Shown piece by piece: positions 8,896 to 17,788 of a stretch of DNA of 64,000 nucleotides. Positions within the stretch are counted from its first letter, which is position 1. Every line of letters starts with the position of its first letter. This DNA is from Thermoplasmata archaeon (GTDB lineage Archaea > Thermoplasmatota > E2 > JACPAO01 > JAHFTW01). The notes under the pieces were generated by a model, which did not search any database, was not told the DNA's origin, and saw only the letters and a list, made by a program, of their open reading frames with translations. The position numbers and the translations under genes were made by a program. The stretch lies in contig JAXDQS010000012.1 in NCBI GenBank assembly GCA_034667725.1, forward strand, positions 1 to 64,000, written 5' to 3'.

Positions 8896-10097
8896 GGGGC
8901 CGCCTCCAAGATGTGGACGACGGCGGTCGCACCCGTGCCGCCGGTGTTGTGCGTGAGCGCCATGCGGGCGCCCTTGACCTGCCGCTCGCCGGCGGCGCCC
9001 CGCAGGTGCCACACCGCCTCGCACACCTGCGCGATGCCGGTGGCGCCGGCCGGGTTGCCGCGCGCCTTGAGGCCGCCGGACGGGTTCACGGTGGGCAGGT
9101 CGCCGCCCGCCGTGGTGCGGCCCTCCAAGGTGCCGACGCCGCCGTGGCCCTTCTTGACGAAGCCCAGGTCTTCGATGGCGAGGATCTCGGTGATGGTGTA
9201 GGCGTCGGACACTTCGGCCACCTGGATGTCGGCCGGGCTCGCGCCAGCTTCTCCGTAAGCCCGGCGCGCAGCCGCCTCGGTGGCGCGGAACGCCGTCAGG
9301 CTGCCGCGCGAATGGAGCGCCAGGCTGTCGGCGGCCTGGCCGGAGCCGGCGACCCGGACGGCCTTCGGGTAGCCGTCCACGACGGCGGAGCTTGCCAGGA
9401 CCACGCAGGCGGCGCCGTCGGAGGTGGGGGCGCAGTCGAACATGGTGAGCGGATCCGCGACCATCGGGCTCCGGAGCACGGTGTCCACGTCGATCTCCTT
9501 GCGGAACTGCGCCAACGGGTTCTTGGCGGCGTGGCGGTGGTTCTTGACGGCCACGTGGGCAAGCTGCTCGCGGGTGGTGCCGAACTCGGCCATGTGCCGC
9601 TTGGCGACCATGGCGTGCAGCGCCGCGTCGGTGGCGCCCAGGAAATGCTCCCACTCCTGGTCGATGCCGGCCGAGGCGATGGCGGCGGCGTCCGCGTCGG
9701 AGACGTCGGTCATCTTCTCGATGCCGCCCACCACGACGATGTCGGCCGCGCCGCTGCGGATGCACTGCACGGCCTGGCGGAACGCCACCCCGCCCGAGGC
9801 GCCCGCGGCCTCGATGCGGGTGGCGGGGAGGCGCAGGTCGGCAAGCCCGGCGCCGTCGAGCAGCAACGGAGCGACGTGCTCCTGCCCGACCAGCTTGCCG
9901 GTGCTCATGGTGCCGACATAGACGGCGCCGATGTCCTCGCCCTGGATGCCGGCGTCCTGGATGGCGGCGAGGCCCGCCTCCGTCAGGAGGTCGCGGTAGG
10001 ACTTCTCCCACGCCTCGCCAAACCGGGTGTGGGCGGCGCCGATGACGTAGGCGTCGGGACGGCCGGCGGAGCGGCGCGGCGGCGGCAGGCGGCCCAT
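8892..10097 (-). CDS. Acetoacetyl-CoA thiolase, archaeal type
   Basis: VVGGIEKMTD, VAVKNH, CAPTSDGAA, VNPSGGLKARG, HNTGG. Several catalytic positions deviate (see findings). Confidence 0.9.
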   Translation of the reverse strand: MGRLPPPRRSAGRPDAYVIGAAHTRFGEAWEKSYRDLLTEAGLAAIQDAGIQGEDIGAVYVGTMSTGKLVGQEHVAPLLLDGAGLADLRLPATRIEAAGASGGVAFRQAVQCIRSGAADIVVVGGIEKMTDVSDADAAAIASAGIDQEWEHFLGATDAALHAMVAKRHMAEFGTTREQLAHVAVKNHRHAAKNPLAQFRKEIDVDTVLRSPMVADPLTMFDCAPTSDGAACVVLASSAVVDGYPKAVRVAGSGQAADSLALHSRGSLTAFRATEAAARRAYGEAGASPADIQVAEVSDAYTITEILAIEDLGFVKKGHGGVGTLEGRTTAGGDLPTVNPSGGLKARGNPAGATGIAQVCEAVWHLRGAAGERQVKGARMALTHNTGGTGATAVVHILEAAP

Positions 10098-11149
10098 CAG
10101 TCCATCCCTCCCATGATCAGCTTCCCCCGGTTCTTGGCGTAGGTCGCGTAGTCCAGATCGTTGGTGCGCGCGAGCTGCGCCTCCAGCGTCTTGGCGCGGT
10201 CGTAGCCCTCGATGTTCTTGGTGACGGTGAGCTTGAAGGCGTCCGCGCCGGCGCCCGACCCGTAGCCGCACATGAAGATGGAGTCGCCCGGCTTGGCCTG
10301 GTCGAGGATGTTGCAGAGGCCCAAGAGGACGGCGGCGCTGTAGGTGTTGCCGATGCGCGGCGCCAACAGGCCGGCGGCGTACTGGTCCTGGGTGAAGCCC
10401 AGCTTCTGCGCGATGGTGGCCGGGAACTTGCCGTTCGGCTGGTGGAACACCGCCCAAGTGTAGTCCTTGGCGAACGTGCCCGTGTCCGCGAACAGCCGCT
10501 CCGAGGCCATCCGGACGTGGCGGAAGTAGGCGGGCTCCCCGGTGAAGCGCTCGCCGTGGCTGGGGTACTTTTGCCCCTCGCGCCGCCAGAAGTCGGGCGT
10601 GTCGGTGGTGAACGAGACGGTGTGGTCGATCTCGGCCAGCACCTGCCGCTTGTCGTTGCCAACCAGCAGGGCCGCGGCGCCGGCGGAGGCGGAGTACTCC
10701 AGCGCGTTGCGGGGGGCGCCCTGCGAGGTGTCCGCCCCGACGGCCAGCACCGTCTTGCACATGTTGGACTGGACGAGGCCCATGGCGGTCTGGACGGCGG
10801 CGGTGCCGGCCTTGCACGCGAACTCGTAGTCCGCCATCGTGAGGTAAGGCCCGGCGTCGAGGGCGGCCTGGACGATGGTCCCGGTCGGCTTGACCGCGTA
10901 GGGGTGCGACTCGCTGCCGACGTAGATGGCGCCGATGTCGGCCACGGCGGACGGGGCGCGGGCCATGCACTGGCGGGCGGCCTCGACGCTCATGGTGGCG
11001 ACGTCCTCGTCGATGGCGGGCACCGACTTCTCCAGCACGTTCAGGCTGCGGCCGACGTTCTGGTCGTCGCCCCAGACCCGCGCGATCTCCTCCGACTTGA
11101 TGCGGTGCCGCGGGACGTAGGCGCCGTACGAGATGATGCCGACCGGCAT
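10097..11149 (-). CDS. Hydroxymethylglutaryl-CoA synthase
   Basis: YVGSESHPYAVKP, EFACKAGT (catalytic Cys), FHQPNGKFP, IGNTYS, GYGSGAG. Confidence 0.97.
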   Translation of the reverse strand: MPVGIISYGAYVPRHRIKSEEIARVWGDDQNVGRSLNVLEKSVPAIDEDVATMSVEAARQCMARAPSAVADIGAIYVGSESHPYAVKPTGTIVQAALDAGPYLTMADYEFACKAGTAAVQTAMGLVQSNMCKTVLAVGADTSQGAPRNALEYSASAGAAALLVGNDKRQVLAEIDHTVSFTTDTPDFWRREGQKYPSHGERFTGEPAYFRHVRMASERLFADTGTFAKDYTWAVFHQPNGKFPATIAQKLGFTQDQYAAGLLAPRIGNTYSAAVLLGLCNILDQAKPGDSIFMCGYGSGAGADAFKLTVTKNIEGYDRAKTLEAQLARTNDLDYATYAKNRGKLIMGGMD

Positions 11150-11174
11150 GGACGCGGCTTCGACTTCAGGGGAC

Positions 11175-11185
11175 CGTTAAAAGTG
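11175..11185 (-). promoter_or_regulatory. TATA box of the HMGCS-thiolase-DUF35 operon
   Basis: Minus-strand ACTTTTAACG about 28 nt upstream of ATG 11149. Confidence 0.55.
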
Positions 11186-11222
11186 TGACGAGAAGATTAT
11201 CGGCGGTTGCCGATGGCGCCGG

Positions 11223-11252
11223 TCCACCGAACCTACCGAACGCACCGAGGGC
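11223..11252. repeat. REP-like 9-bp-period element, partial copy
   Basis: TCCACCGAACCTACCGAACGCACCGAGGGC resembles the copies at 23788 and 24808. Confidence 0.6.
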
Positions 11253-11287
11253 GTGGGCCAGCCGGGACATGTCCACGCGACACTCCT

Positions 11288-11800
11288 ATGACAGATGCCC
11301 CCCTGGCCACCCCGTATGACCCCGACGCCCTCCCTCCCCCAACCCGCCGCCGCGGGGGGACGCCTCTGAGGAAGGCCACCCTGACGCGGCGCGTCGCCGC
11401 CCCGCCCGAGGCCTGCATGGCGATCCTCCTGGACCTCGACGGCTGGCCCGCCTGGCGGCCCGGCCTCCAGGAAGTCGCGTCGGTCTCCGACCGGCCCGTC
11501 ACCGCCGGCACCGCCTGGACCGAGGCCCGCGCCCTCGCAGGCCGCGGCCTCCAGCTCGGCGCCCGCGCCGTCCAGGTCGAGTCGCCGCTCGCGTTCTCGT
11601 ACCGCCTCGCCGGCGACGGCCTGGAGGCGACGGTGCGCTGGGAGTTGCGGCCGGACGGCGACGGCACCCTCGTGACCCAGGCGTGCGCCGCCCGCGGCCG
11701 CGGCCTGCCGGCGCGGCTCGGCGGCCTCGCGGCCCGGTTCCTCGAGGAGCAGCCGGCGGCGCTCGACGCGCTCGACGCCCTCGCCTCCAAGCGGGCGTGA
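11288..11800 (+). CDS. SRPBCC (START-like) family protein
   Basis: VAAPPEACMAILLDLDGWPAW and WELRPDGDGTLVT patterns. Confidence 0.8.
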   Translation: MTDAPLATPYDPDALPPPTRRRGGTPLRKATLTRRVAAPPEACMAILLDLDGWPAWRPGLQEVASVSDRPVTAGTAWTEARALAGRGLQLGARAVQVESPLAFSYRLAGDGLEATVRWELRPDGDGTLVTQACAARGRGLPARLGGLAARFLEEQPAALDALDALASKRA

Positions 11801-13155
11801 CGGGCGTGGCGCGGGCCACCATGGTCGTCTCGACCCAGACGCCGCTGCTGCGGTTCGACGAGAAGGGCGACACGCCGGGGCCGGCGGGCCCTGGGCTGCC
11901 GCCGCACCGCCTGAGCCCGGGCGGGGTCTGCCGCATGGTGCTGCCGACCATCCACCAGCTGCAAGGCACGGGCATGGTGGGCAAGGTCCACTGGTACTCC
12001 CTCAACCCGGGCGCGCCGCCGCAAGTGGAGCTGGACGGCGGCGGCATCACGCTGCACCACCTCCAGATGCGCGCCTCCGACCTGGAGGCGTACGGCCGCA
12101 GCAAGGAGAAGCTGTGGGCGGACATCCACGGCCTGCCGCATCCCCCGCTCCAGCCCGAGGACTTCCGGCAGTACGCGCGCTACAACGCCCGCACCGCCGA
12201 CGCCATCCTGGAGCACGCCGCCGACCTCGACGTCGCCTACATCCACGACTTCCAACTGCTCCAGGTCGGCGGCCTCATCGGCCTCGCCGCCCCGTGCGTG
12301 CTGCGCTGGCACGTGCCTTGGGACCCGCGCCGGATGCCGCCTTACACCCGGCAGTTCCTGATGCGCGTGATGGAGGACTTCGACGCCGTCATCGTGAGCA
12401 CCCGCCGCGACCTGCAAGGCCTCCTGGACGCCGGCTTCCGCGGCACCGTCCGCCAAGTCTACCCCCACATCGAGCCCGCCGACTGGCCGCCTGCGACGCC
12501 CAACGACATCGCCCGCCTGGAGGACGCCTGGAGCCTGCGCCCCGACGACCCCTTGTTCCTGATGGTCGCCCGCATGGACCCGATGAAGCGCCAGGACCTC
12601 GCCGTGCGTGCCTTCGCCCAGGTCGCCAAGGAGCATCCGCGCGCCCGCCTTGCCCTCGTGGGCAACGGCAGCTTCAGCGGCCGCCTTGGCAGCAGCGTCG
12701 GGCCCGGCAAGGCCGACCGCTGGCGCGCCCAGGTCGAGGACGAGGTCGCCCGCCTCGGCCTCCAGGACCGCGTGCTGTTCACCCATTGGGTTCCGGACGG
12801 CCTGCTGTCCGCCGCCTACGCCCGGGCGCTCGCGGTGCTCTTGCCCAGCGACGTCGAGGGCTTCGGCCTGACGCCGCTCGAAGGCTGGGCGCACGGCCGC
12901 CCCGCCATCCTCTCCTCCGGCATCGGCGCCAGCGAGGTGGTGACGCCGGGCCTCAACGGCCTCGTGTTCCCGGCCGGCGACGCGCAGGCGTTCGCGGCCG
13001 CCATGCGCCACCTGCTGGACCGTCCCGACGAGGCCGACCGCATGGGCGACGCCGGCCGCCGCACCCTGCCCGGCTTCACCGCCAGCGCCGCCCAGCCCGC
13101 CATCCAGGCAGTGCTGTCGGAGGCGCTCGACGGCTTCCGCGCCAGCCTAGGCTGA
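11797..13155 (+). CDS. GT4 glycosyltransferase, trehalose(-phosphate) synthase-like
   Basis: AYIHDFQLL, RWHVPW, VARMDPMK, PSDVEGFGLTPLEGW (EX7E motif). GTG overlaps the upstream TGA. Confidence 0.88.
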   Translation: MTGVARATMVVSTQTPLLRFDEKGDTPGPAGPGLPPHRLSPGGVCRMVLPTIHQLQGTGMVGKVHWYSLNPGAPPQVELDGGGITLHHLQMRASDLEAYGRSKEKLWADIHGLPHPPLQPEDFRQYARYNARTADAILEHAADLDVAYIHDFQLLQVGGLIGLAAPCVLRWHVPWDPRRMPPYTRQFLMRVMEDFDAVIVSTRRDLQGLLDAGFRGTVRQVYPHIEPADWPPATPNDIARLEDAWSLRPDDPLFLMVARMDPMKRQDLAVRAFAQVAKEHPRARLALVGNGSFSGRLGSSVGPGKADRWRAQVEDEVARLGLQDRVLFTHWVPDGLLSAAYARALAVLLPSDVEGFGLTPLEGWAHGRPAILSSGIGASEVVTPGLNGLVFPAGDAQAFAAAMRHLLDRPDEADRMGDAGRRTLPGFTASAAQPAIQAVLSEALDGFRASLG

Positions 13156-13830
13156 CGCCGGCACCGGGGTCAGCCGCTCCCGCACCACCCAGGCGAAGCC
13201 TTGGGAGGCGGGCAGCGGCGCGACCTCGTCGGCCGCGGCCCGGAGCGCTGGCACCGCGTTGGCCACCGCCACCGTGTAGGTGCTGGCGGCGAACAGGCCG
13301 AGGTCGTTCTCGCCGTCGCCGACGGCCACCACGCGGGCGTCCGGCTCGCCCCAGGACTCCAGCAGGCGCCGGAGGCCGACGCCCTTGTCGACGCCCATCG
13401 GCAGGATGTCCATGCGGTCGCGGTTGCGCTGCAGGCTGCATTGGCCCGAGGCGGGGATGCCCGCGAGCGCCGCGGCGTTCTCGATGGCGATGCTGCAGCT
13501 CGCCGAGCGCCGCCGCACCGGGATGCGCTGCGCCTCCAAGGCGTCCGCCACCGCGTGCACGGCGCCGAGGTCGGCCTTGGTGAGCCGCCAGTCGCCCGGC
13601 GTGCCCCACACGGCGCCGCCTTCGAGGACGAAGCCGTCGAACGCGCGCGTCAAGAGCGGATGGGCGGACAGGACGCGGAAGCCGCGGCCGGTGGCAAGGA
13701 CGCAGCGGACGCCGCGCTTGCGGAGGTGCTCGGCGGCCTTGAGGGCGTCCGGGTCCAGCTCCAAATCCTCGGTGCTGAAGGTGCGGTCGAGGTCGGAGAC
13801 CAGGACGTCGGCGGCCACCATGGGCTTCAT
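13147..13830 (-). CDS. HAD phosphatase (Cof/phosphoglycolate phosphatase-like)
   Basis: SDLDRT motif I, ATGR, GVDKG, VGDGENDL. Confidence 0.92.
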   Translation of the reverse strand: MKPMVAADVLVSDLDRTFSTEDLELDPDALKAAEHLRKRGVRCVLATGRGFRVLSAHPLLTRAFDGFVLEGGAVWGTPGDWRLTKADLGAVHAVADALEAQRIPVRRRSASCSIAIENAAALAGIPASGQCSLQRNRDRMDILPMGVDKGVGLRRLLESWGEPDARVVAVGDGENDLGLFAASTYTVAVANAVPALRAAADEVAPLPASQGFAWVVRERLTPVPASA

Positions 13831-13854
13831 GCGGTCCCGATGCGGGGGCCCTCC

Positions 13855-14019
13855 TTAATCGCCCAAGAAGTCGGTCGCCATGTTCTCGGTCCAGGCGTCG
13901 AACGCGTCCTGGCAGGCCGGGGCCTCGTCCAAGTGGTCGATGAAGGCCAGGTTCTCGGGCTCGTCGGCCGCGGCCAGTTCGTCGTGGCAGAACATGCAGG
14001 CGCGGGGGTCGGACTCCAT
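13855..14019 (-). CDS. Small CxxC/H/C zinc-finger-like protein (54 aa, not in ORF track)
   Basis: MESDPRACMFCHDELAAADEPENLAFIDHLDEAPACQDAFDAWTENMATDFLGD. High GC3, promoter-like AACCGTTTTG upstream, and its stop overlaps an AAGGAGG before the HAD gene. Confidence 0.75.
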   Translation of the reverse strand: MESDPRACMFCHDELAAADEPENLAFIDHLDEAPACQDAFDAWTENMATDFLGD

Positions 14020-14105
14020 GCGAGACCAATGTCGCGGGCAAGGTCCAAAACGGTTGTCCGTGGAGGCCGCGGCGATCGTCCGCCGAGGACACGAAAGCCG
14101 CAGGC

Positions 14106-14534
14106 TCAGGCCGCGCCCGCCGCCTTCGACGAGATGTACCCCGCCACGCGGCTGCCCAGGACCCAGGGCTGGAACCAGCCGGCCAGGCTCGGGGCGTCCT
14201 CCTCGAGCGGGATGACGAGAAGGGGACAGTCGATGCGGCGCGCGAGGTTCGCGAGGTCCACCGCCATCTCGGGGTTGGGCCGCACGGCGTAGACCAGGTC
14301 GGCGCCGTGGTAGACCGTCATGCGCGGGTTGCGCAGGTCGTCGTGCACCAGGCGCAGGCCGGGCGGCGCGGCGGCGCGCAGCGCGGCGGGGTCGATGTCG
14401 GTGCCGACCAGCTCGAGGGTGGGGAAATGCTTCAGCAGGCGCTGCGCGGTGGCTTGGTCGTGGCCGATGCCGACCTCGACGGCGCGTTCCGGCGCGCGCG
14501 GCGCAAGGTAGGCGGTGACGGGGCAGGGCGTCAC
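14106..14534 (-). CDS. UPF0146 family protein
   Basis: VEVGIG, GTDID, HDDLRNP..VYHGADLVYAVRP..EM. GTG overlaps the upstream stop. Confidence 0.88.
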   Translation of the reverse strand: MTPCPVTAYLAPRAPERAVEVGIGHDQATAQRLLKHFPTLELVGTDIDPAALRAAAPPGLRLVHDDLRNPRMTVYHGADLVYAVRPNPEMAVDLANLARRIDCPLLVIPLEEDAPSLAGWFQPWVLGSRVAGYISSKAAGAA

Positions 14535-16591
14535 AGGACCCACTGCGGCGGGGCGCCGCCCTCCTTGCCGTTGCGGAGGCTGCGCACGCCGTCCAGCAGG
14601 ACCTTGCGCTCGATGCTGGCCACCAGGTGGCGGGTCGCGACCGCCTTGTCGGGGTTGACGCTCAGGCTGGTGGCGCCCTCGCGCACCAGGAACTCGACCA
14701 TGGCGGGGTCGTTGCCGGGGGCTTGGCCGCACACCGAGGTGGGGACGCCGGCGGCGACGCAGGCTCGCAGGACGTGGCCCATGGCGCGCAGCACGGCGGG
14801 GTCGCGCTCGTCGTAAATCTCCTGGGTGCTGGGGTCGTCGCGGTCGATGCCGAGCACGAGCATGGTGAGGTCGTTGGTGCCGAAGCTGACCCCGTCGAGG
14901 CCCTCGGCGAGGAACTGGTCGATCAGGAAGACGGTGGCGGGGACCTCGACCATGATCCAGACCTGGAAGCCGTCGCGCCGGCGGAGGCCTTCCTCCTCCA
15001 GGATGCGCTTGGCCTGGCGGAACTCCCGCAGGGTGCGCACGAACGGCAGCATGGCGTGGACGTTCCGGAGGCCGTGCTCGTCGCGGACCTTGCGGAGGGC
15101 GCGGCACTCGAGGCGGAAGACGTCGGGCTCCTTGGTGTAGCGGAAGCAGCCGCGGTAGCCGACGAGCGGGTTGGGGCCGAGGTGGCCGGCGTCCCGCTCG
15201 TGCTTCTCGCCGCCGGGCAAGCGCAGGTACTCGTCGGGCTTGAAGTCGAGGAAGCGGTACAGCACGGGCCGGGGCGAGAACGACTGCGCGACCTTGCGGA
15301 TGCCTTCGGCGAACGCCTCGACCATCCGGTCCTCGCCGCCCTCCTCGATAAGCGAGCGGGGATGCTTGCCGAGGGAGAGCATGAGGTGCTCGGCCCGGAG
15401 CAGGCCGACGCCGTCCGCCTGGGTCTCGGCGGCGACCTTCTCGGCCAGGTCGGGCAGGCTGAGGTTGACGTAGATCCGGGTGGAGGTGACCGGCAGCGGC
15501 ACGGCGGGGGCGACGGCCGTGGCCGTGGCCGCGGCCTGGGGCGCGGGCTGGGCCGGCTTCGCGGCCTTCGCCGCCGGCTTGGGCGCCTTGCGGCTCCACG
15601 CCGTCTCGGGCCGGGCCTGGACGATGCGGACGCGGCGCCGGCCGCGCCACTCGATGGCGAACTCGACCTCCTGCGGGCCGCCGAAGTGCTCCTCGATGCG
15701 GCGGGCGACCTCGCACAGCTGGGCGGCCTCCTCGTGGGTGAGGCTGGGCGCGTCGGAGCGTTCGGCGGGGACCGCGCGCTCCTCGGCCAGGCCCTCGCCT
15801 GCGCGCACGACGTGGGCGATGGCCTTGTGGGCGATGTCGCGCGCGAGGACGGCGCCGGTGCGCTTGTCGAGGACGAAGCGGTCGGGCTGGACCTGGCCGT
15901 CCGCCAAGGTGTCGCCGAGGCCCCAGGTCGACTCGATGACGCACTTGGTGGCGTCGCCGTTGGCGGGGTCGAGGGTGCAGCAGACGCCGGAGGTCTCGGA
16001 CTCGACCATGGCCTGGACGGCGACCGCGAGGAGGGCGCCGTCGTGGGGGAAGCCCTTCTGCTCGCGGTAGAAGATGGCGCGCGGCGTGTAGAGCGACGCC
16101 CAGCATTGGACGACGTGGCGGACGACGGCGTCGGCGCCCTGGACGTTGAGGTAGCTGTCCTGCTGGCCGGCGGCCGACGTTTCGGTGGCGCTGGAGCGGA
16201 CGGCGACCGAGACGCGGCCGTTGCCCGTGTCGCGGCACAGGTCCTCGTAGCCGGCGCGGATGCCGGCGGCGACGTCGGCGGGGACGGGGGCGCGCTCGAT
16301 GGCCGTGCGGATCGCCTTCGAGGCCTCCTGGAATGCCTTGGGGTCCTTGGCGCCCTTGACCTTGGCGAGGGCGGCGGCGACGGGCTTGGCAAGGCCGTTG
16401 GCCTCGGCGAAGCGGCGGAACGCCTCGGCGGTCACCGCGAACCCGGCCGGCACGTCGATGCCGAGGGACATGAGCTCGCCCAGGTTGGCGCACTTGGCGC
16501 CGACGTGCGGGAGGTCGGCGCGGCGGCAGTCCGCAAGCGACACGACGGGGGCGGTCTGGGCGAGTTGGAGGGTGGGTGGGGACATTGGCAT
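14531..16591 (-). CDS. PEP synthase-like protein lacking the central phospho-His domain
   Basis: ATP-grasp motifs (GAKCANLGEL, VAVRSSAT, IVQARPET) and PEP-domain motifs (GVGLLRAE, DFKPDEY, SFGTNDLT, VCGQAP) are present. No GGxTxHAAI motif. Confidence 0.9.
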   Translation of the reverse strand: MPMSPPTLQLAQTAPVVSLADCRRADLPHVGAKCANLGELMSLGIDVPAGFAVTAEAFRRFAEANGLAKPVAAALAKVKGAKDPKAFQEASKAIRTAIERAPVPADVAAGIRAGYEDLCRDTGNGRVSVAVRSSATETSAAGQQDSYLNVQGADAVVRHVVQCWASLYTPRAIFYREQKGFPHDGALLAVAVQAMVESETSGVCCTLDPANGDATKCVIESTWGLGDTLADGQVQPDRFVLDKRTGAVLARDIAHKAIAHVVRAGEGLAEERAVPAERSDAPSLTHEEAAQLCEVARRIEEHFGGPQEVEFAIEWRGRRRVRIVQARPETAWSRKAPKPAAKAAKPAQPAPQAAATATAVAPAVPLPVTSTRIYVNLSLPDLAEKVAAETQADGVGLLRAEHLMLSLGKHPRSLIEEGGEDRMVEAFAEGIRKVAQSFSPRPVLYRFLDFKPDEYLRLPGGEKHERDAGHLGPNPLVGYRGCFRYTKEPDVFRLECRALRKVRDEHGLRNVHAMLPFVRTLREFRQAKRILEEEGLRRRDGFQVWIMVEVPATVFLIDQFLAEGLDGVSFGTNDLTMLVLGIDRDDPSTQEIYDERDPAVLRAMGHVLRACVAAGVPTSVCGQAPGNDPAMVEFLVREGATSLSVNPDKAVATRHLVASIERKVLLDGVRSLRNGKEGGAPPQWVL

Positions 16592-16646
16592 CCTCAGGAT
16601 CGGGCGAACTGCTTGCTGGCCGGCGCCGGCTTTTGGCGCTTCTGGC

Positions 16647-17603
16647 TCATGCGGCGAAGCGAACAGGGACATCCATGCGCACGGCGGCGGCGCCCGGCGC
16701 GGACTTCGCGTAAACGGCGACGACCCTGGAGGCGGCGGCGTCCGCGTCGTGCCCCGCTTCCGCGAGCGACCGCGCCTCCAGCCCAAGCCGGCGCCGCAGC
16801 CCTTCGTCGCCGGCCATGCGGCCCAGCGCCTCGACCAGGTCCAGCCGGTCGCCGGGCTCGACCAAAAGGCCGCAGCGGCCGTGCGGCAAGAGCTCGGGCA
16901 GGCAGCCGGCGGCGCTGGCCACGACGGGCAGCCCGGCGGCCATCGCGGCCAGGATTTCGGGCGGGTGGCACGGCTGGCCGTCGCCTGTGCGCCACGGCGC
17001 CACCACGAAGTCGGCGGCGGCGTGCAGCAGCGCCGGCGCGGCGTCCGACACCAGCAACTGGAGGCCCGGGACGCGCTCGGCCGCGTCGCGCGCGACCGCG
17101 ACGCCGGCGGCGGTGCCCGGCGCGTCGCGCACCAGCGCGACGGGGCCGGGGCCCAGGCCCAGCTTGGCGCGGGCCTCGGCCCGGGCCTCCGGCGACGCGG
17201 GCGCGTGCTCGCGCAGGTCGACGCCGCCGGGCACGACGTGGACGGCGCCGGCGCCCGCGTCCGCGAGGCGGCCGGCCTGGCAGGCGCATGGCACGATGGC
17301 GTCGGGCACGCCGCGCAGCGCCATCCGGCCGAGCCAGCCCAGCGGCGCGTCCGGGGCGACGTTCCAGAGGTGGACGACGCCGGCGCCGCGCCGCGTGGCC
17401 AGCAGGTCGCCGGGCAAGGCCGCGTGCAGGTGCACCAGGTCGGGCTTGGCTTGGGCGTGGGCTTGGGCCAGCACGGCGTCGACGTTGGCGCGCCGCAGCG
17501 CACGCACCAAGCCCGCGACGGACTCGCGCAGGGCCAGGCGGTCGGGACGGTGGGAGGCTGGCGGGGCGGGCGCGACGCGGTGGAGGACCGTCAACGGTGC
17601 CAA
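16647..17603 (-). CDS. Degenerate GT4 glycosyltransferase
   Basis: ADFVVAPW...ILAAMAAGLPVVASAAGCLPE...GLLVEPGD GT-B C-terminal domain with altered EX7E glutamates. Confidence 0.75.
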   Translation of the reverse strand: MAPLTVLHRVAPAPPASHRPDRLALRESVAGLVRALRRANVDAVLAQAHAQAKPDLVHLHAALPGDLLATRRGAGVVHLWNVAPDAPLGWLGRMALRGVPDAIVPCACQAGRLADAGAGAVHVVPGGVDLREHAPASPEARAEARAKLGLGPGPVALVRDAPGTAAGVAVARDAAERVPGLQLLVSDAAPALLHAAADFVVAPWRTGDGQPCHPPEILAAMAAGLPVVASAAGCLPELLPHGRCGLLVEPGDRLDLVEALGRMAGDEGLRRRLGLEARSLAEAGHDADAAASRVVAVYAKSAPGAAAVRMDVPVRFAA

Positions 17604-17788
17604 GGGTCCGCGAGGCTGGGCTTTCCGGCTTCTGGGACGATGCTCGAAGCGGGCGCCTGCCGGCGCGCCAGGAGGGGCCGCGCTCTCCGCGGCGCCGCCA
17701 GGAGGCTTGCCTCTGGATTTGGCGGCATGGCTTCGACCAATGTTCGGGAGAGGGTTTCAATGCCCGCCTCCCTCAGTGGACGGCAGCC

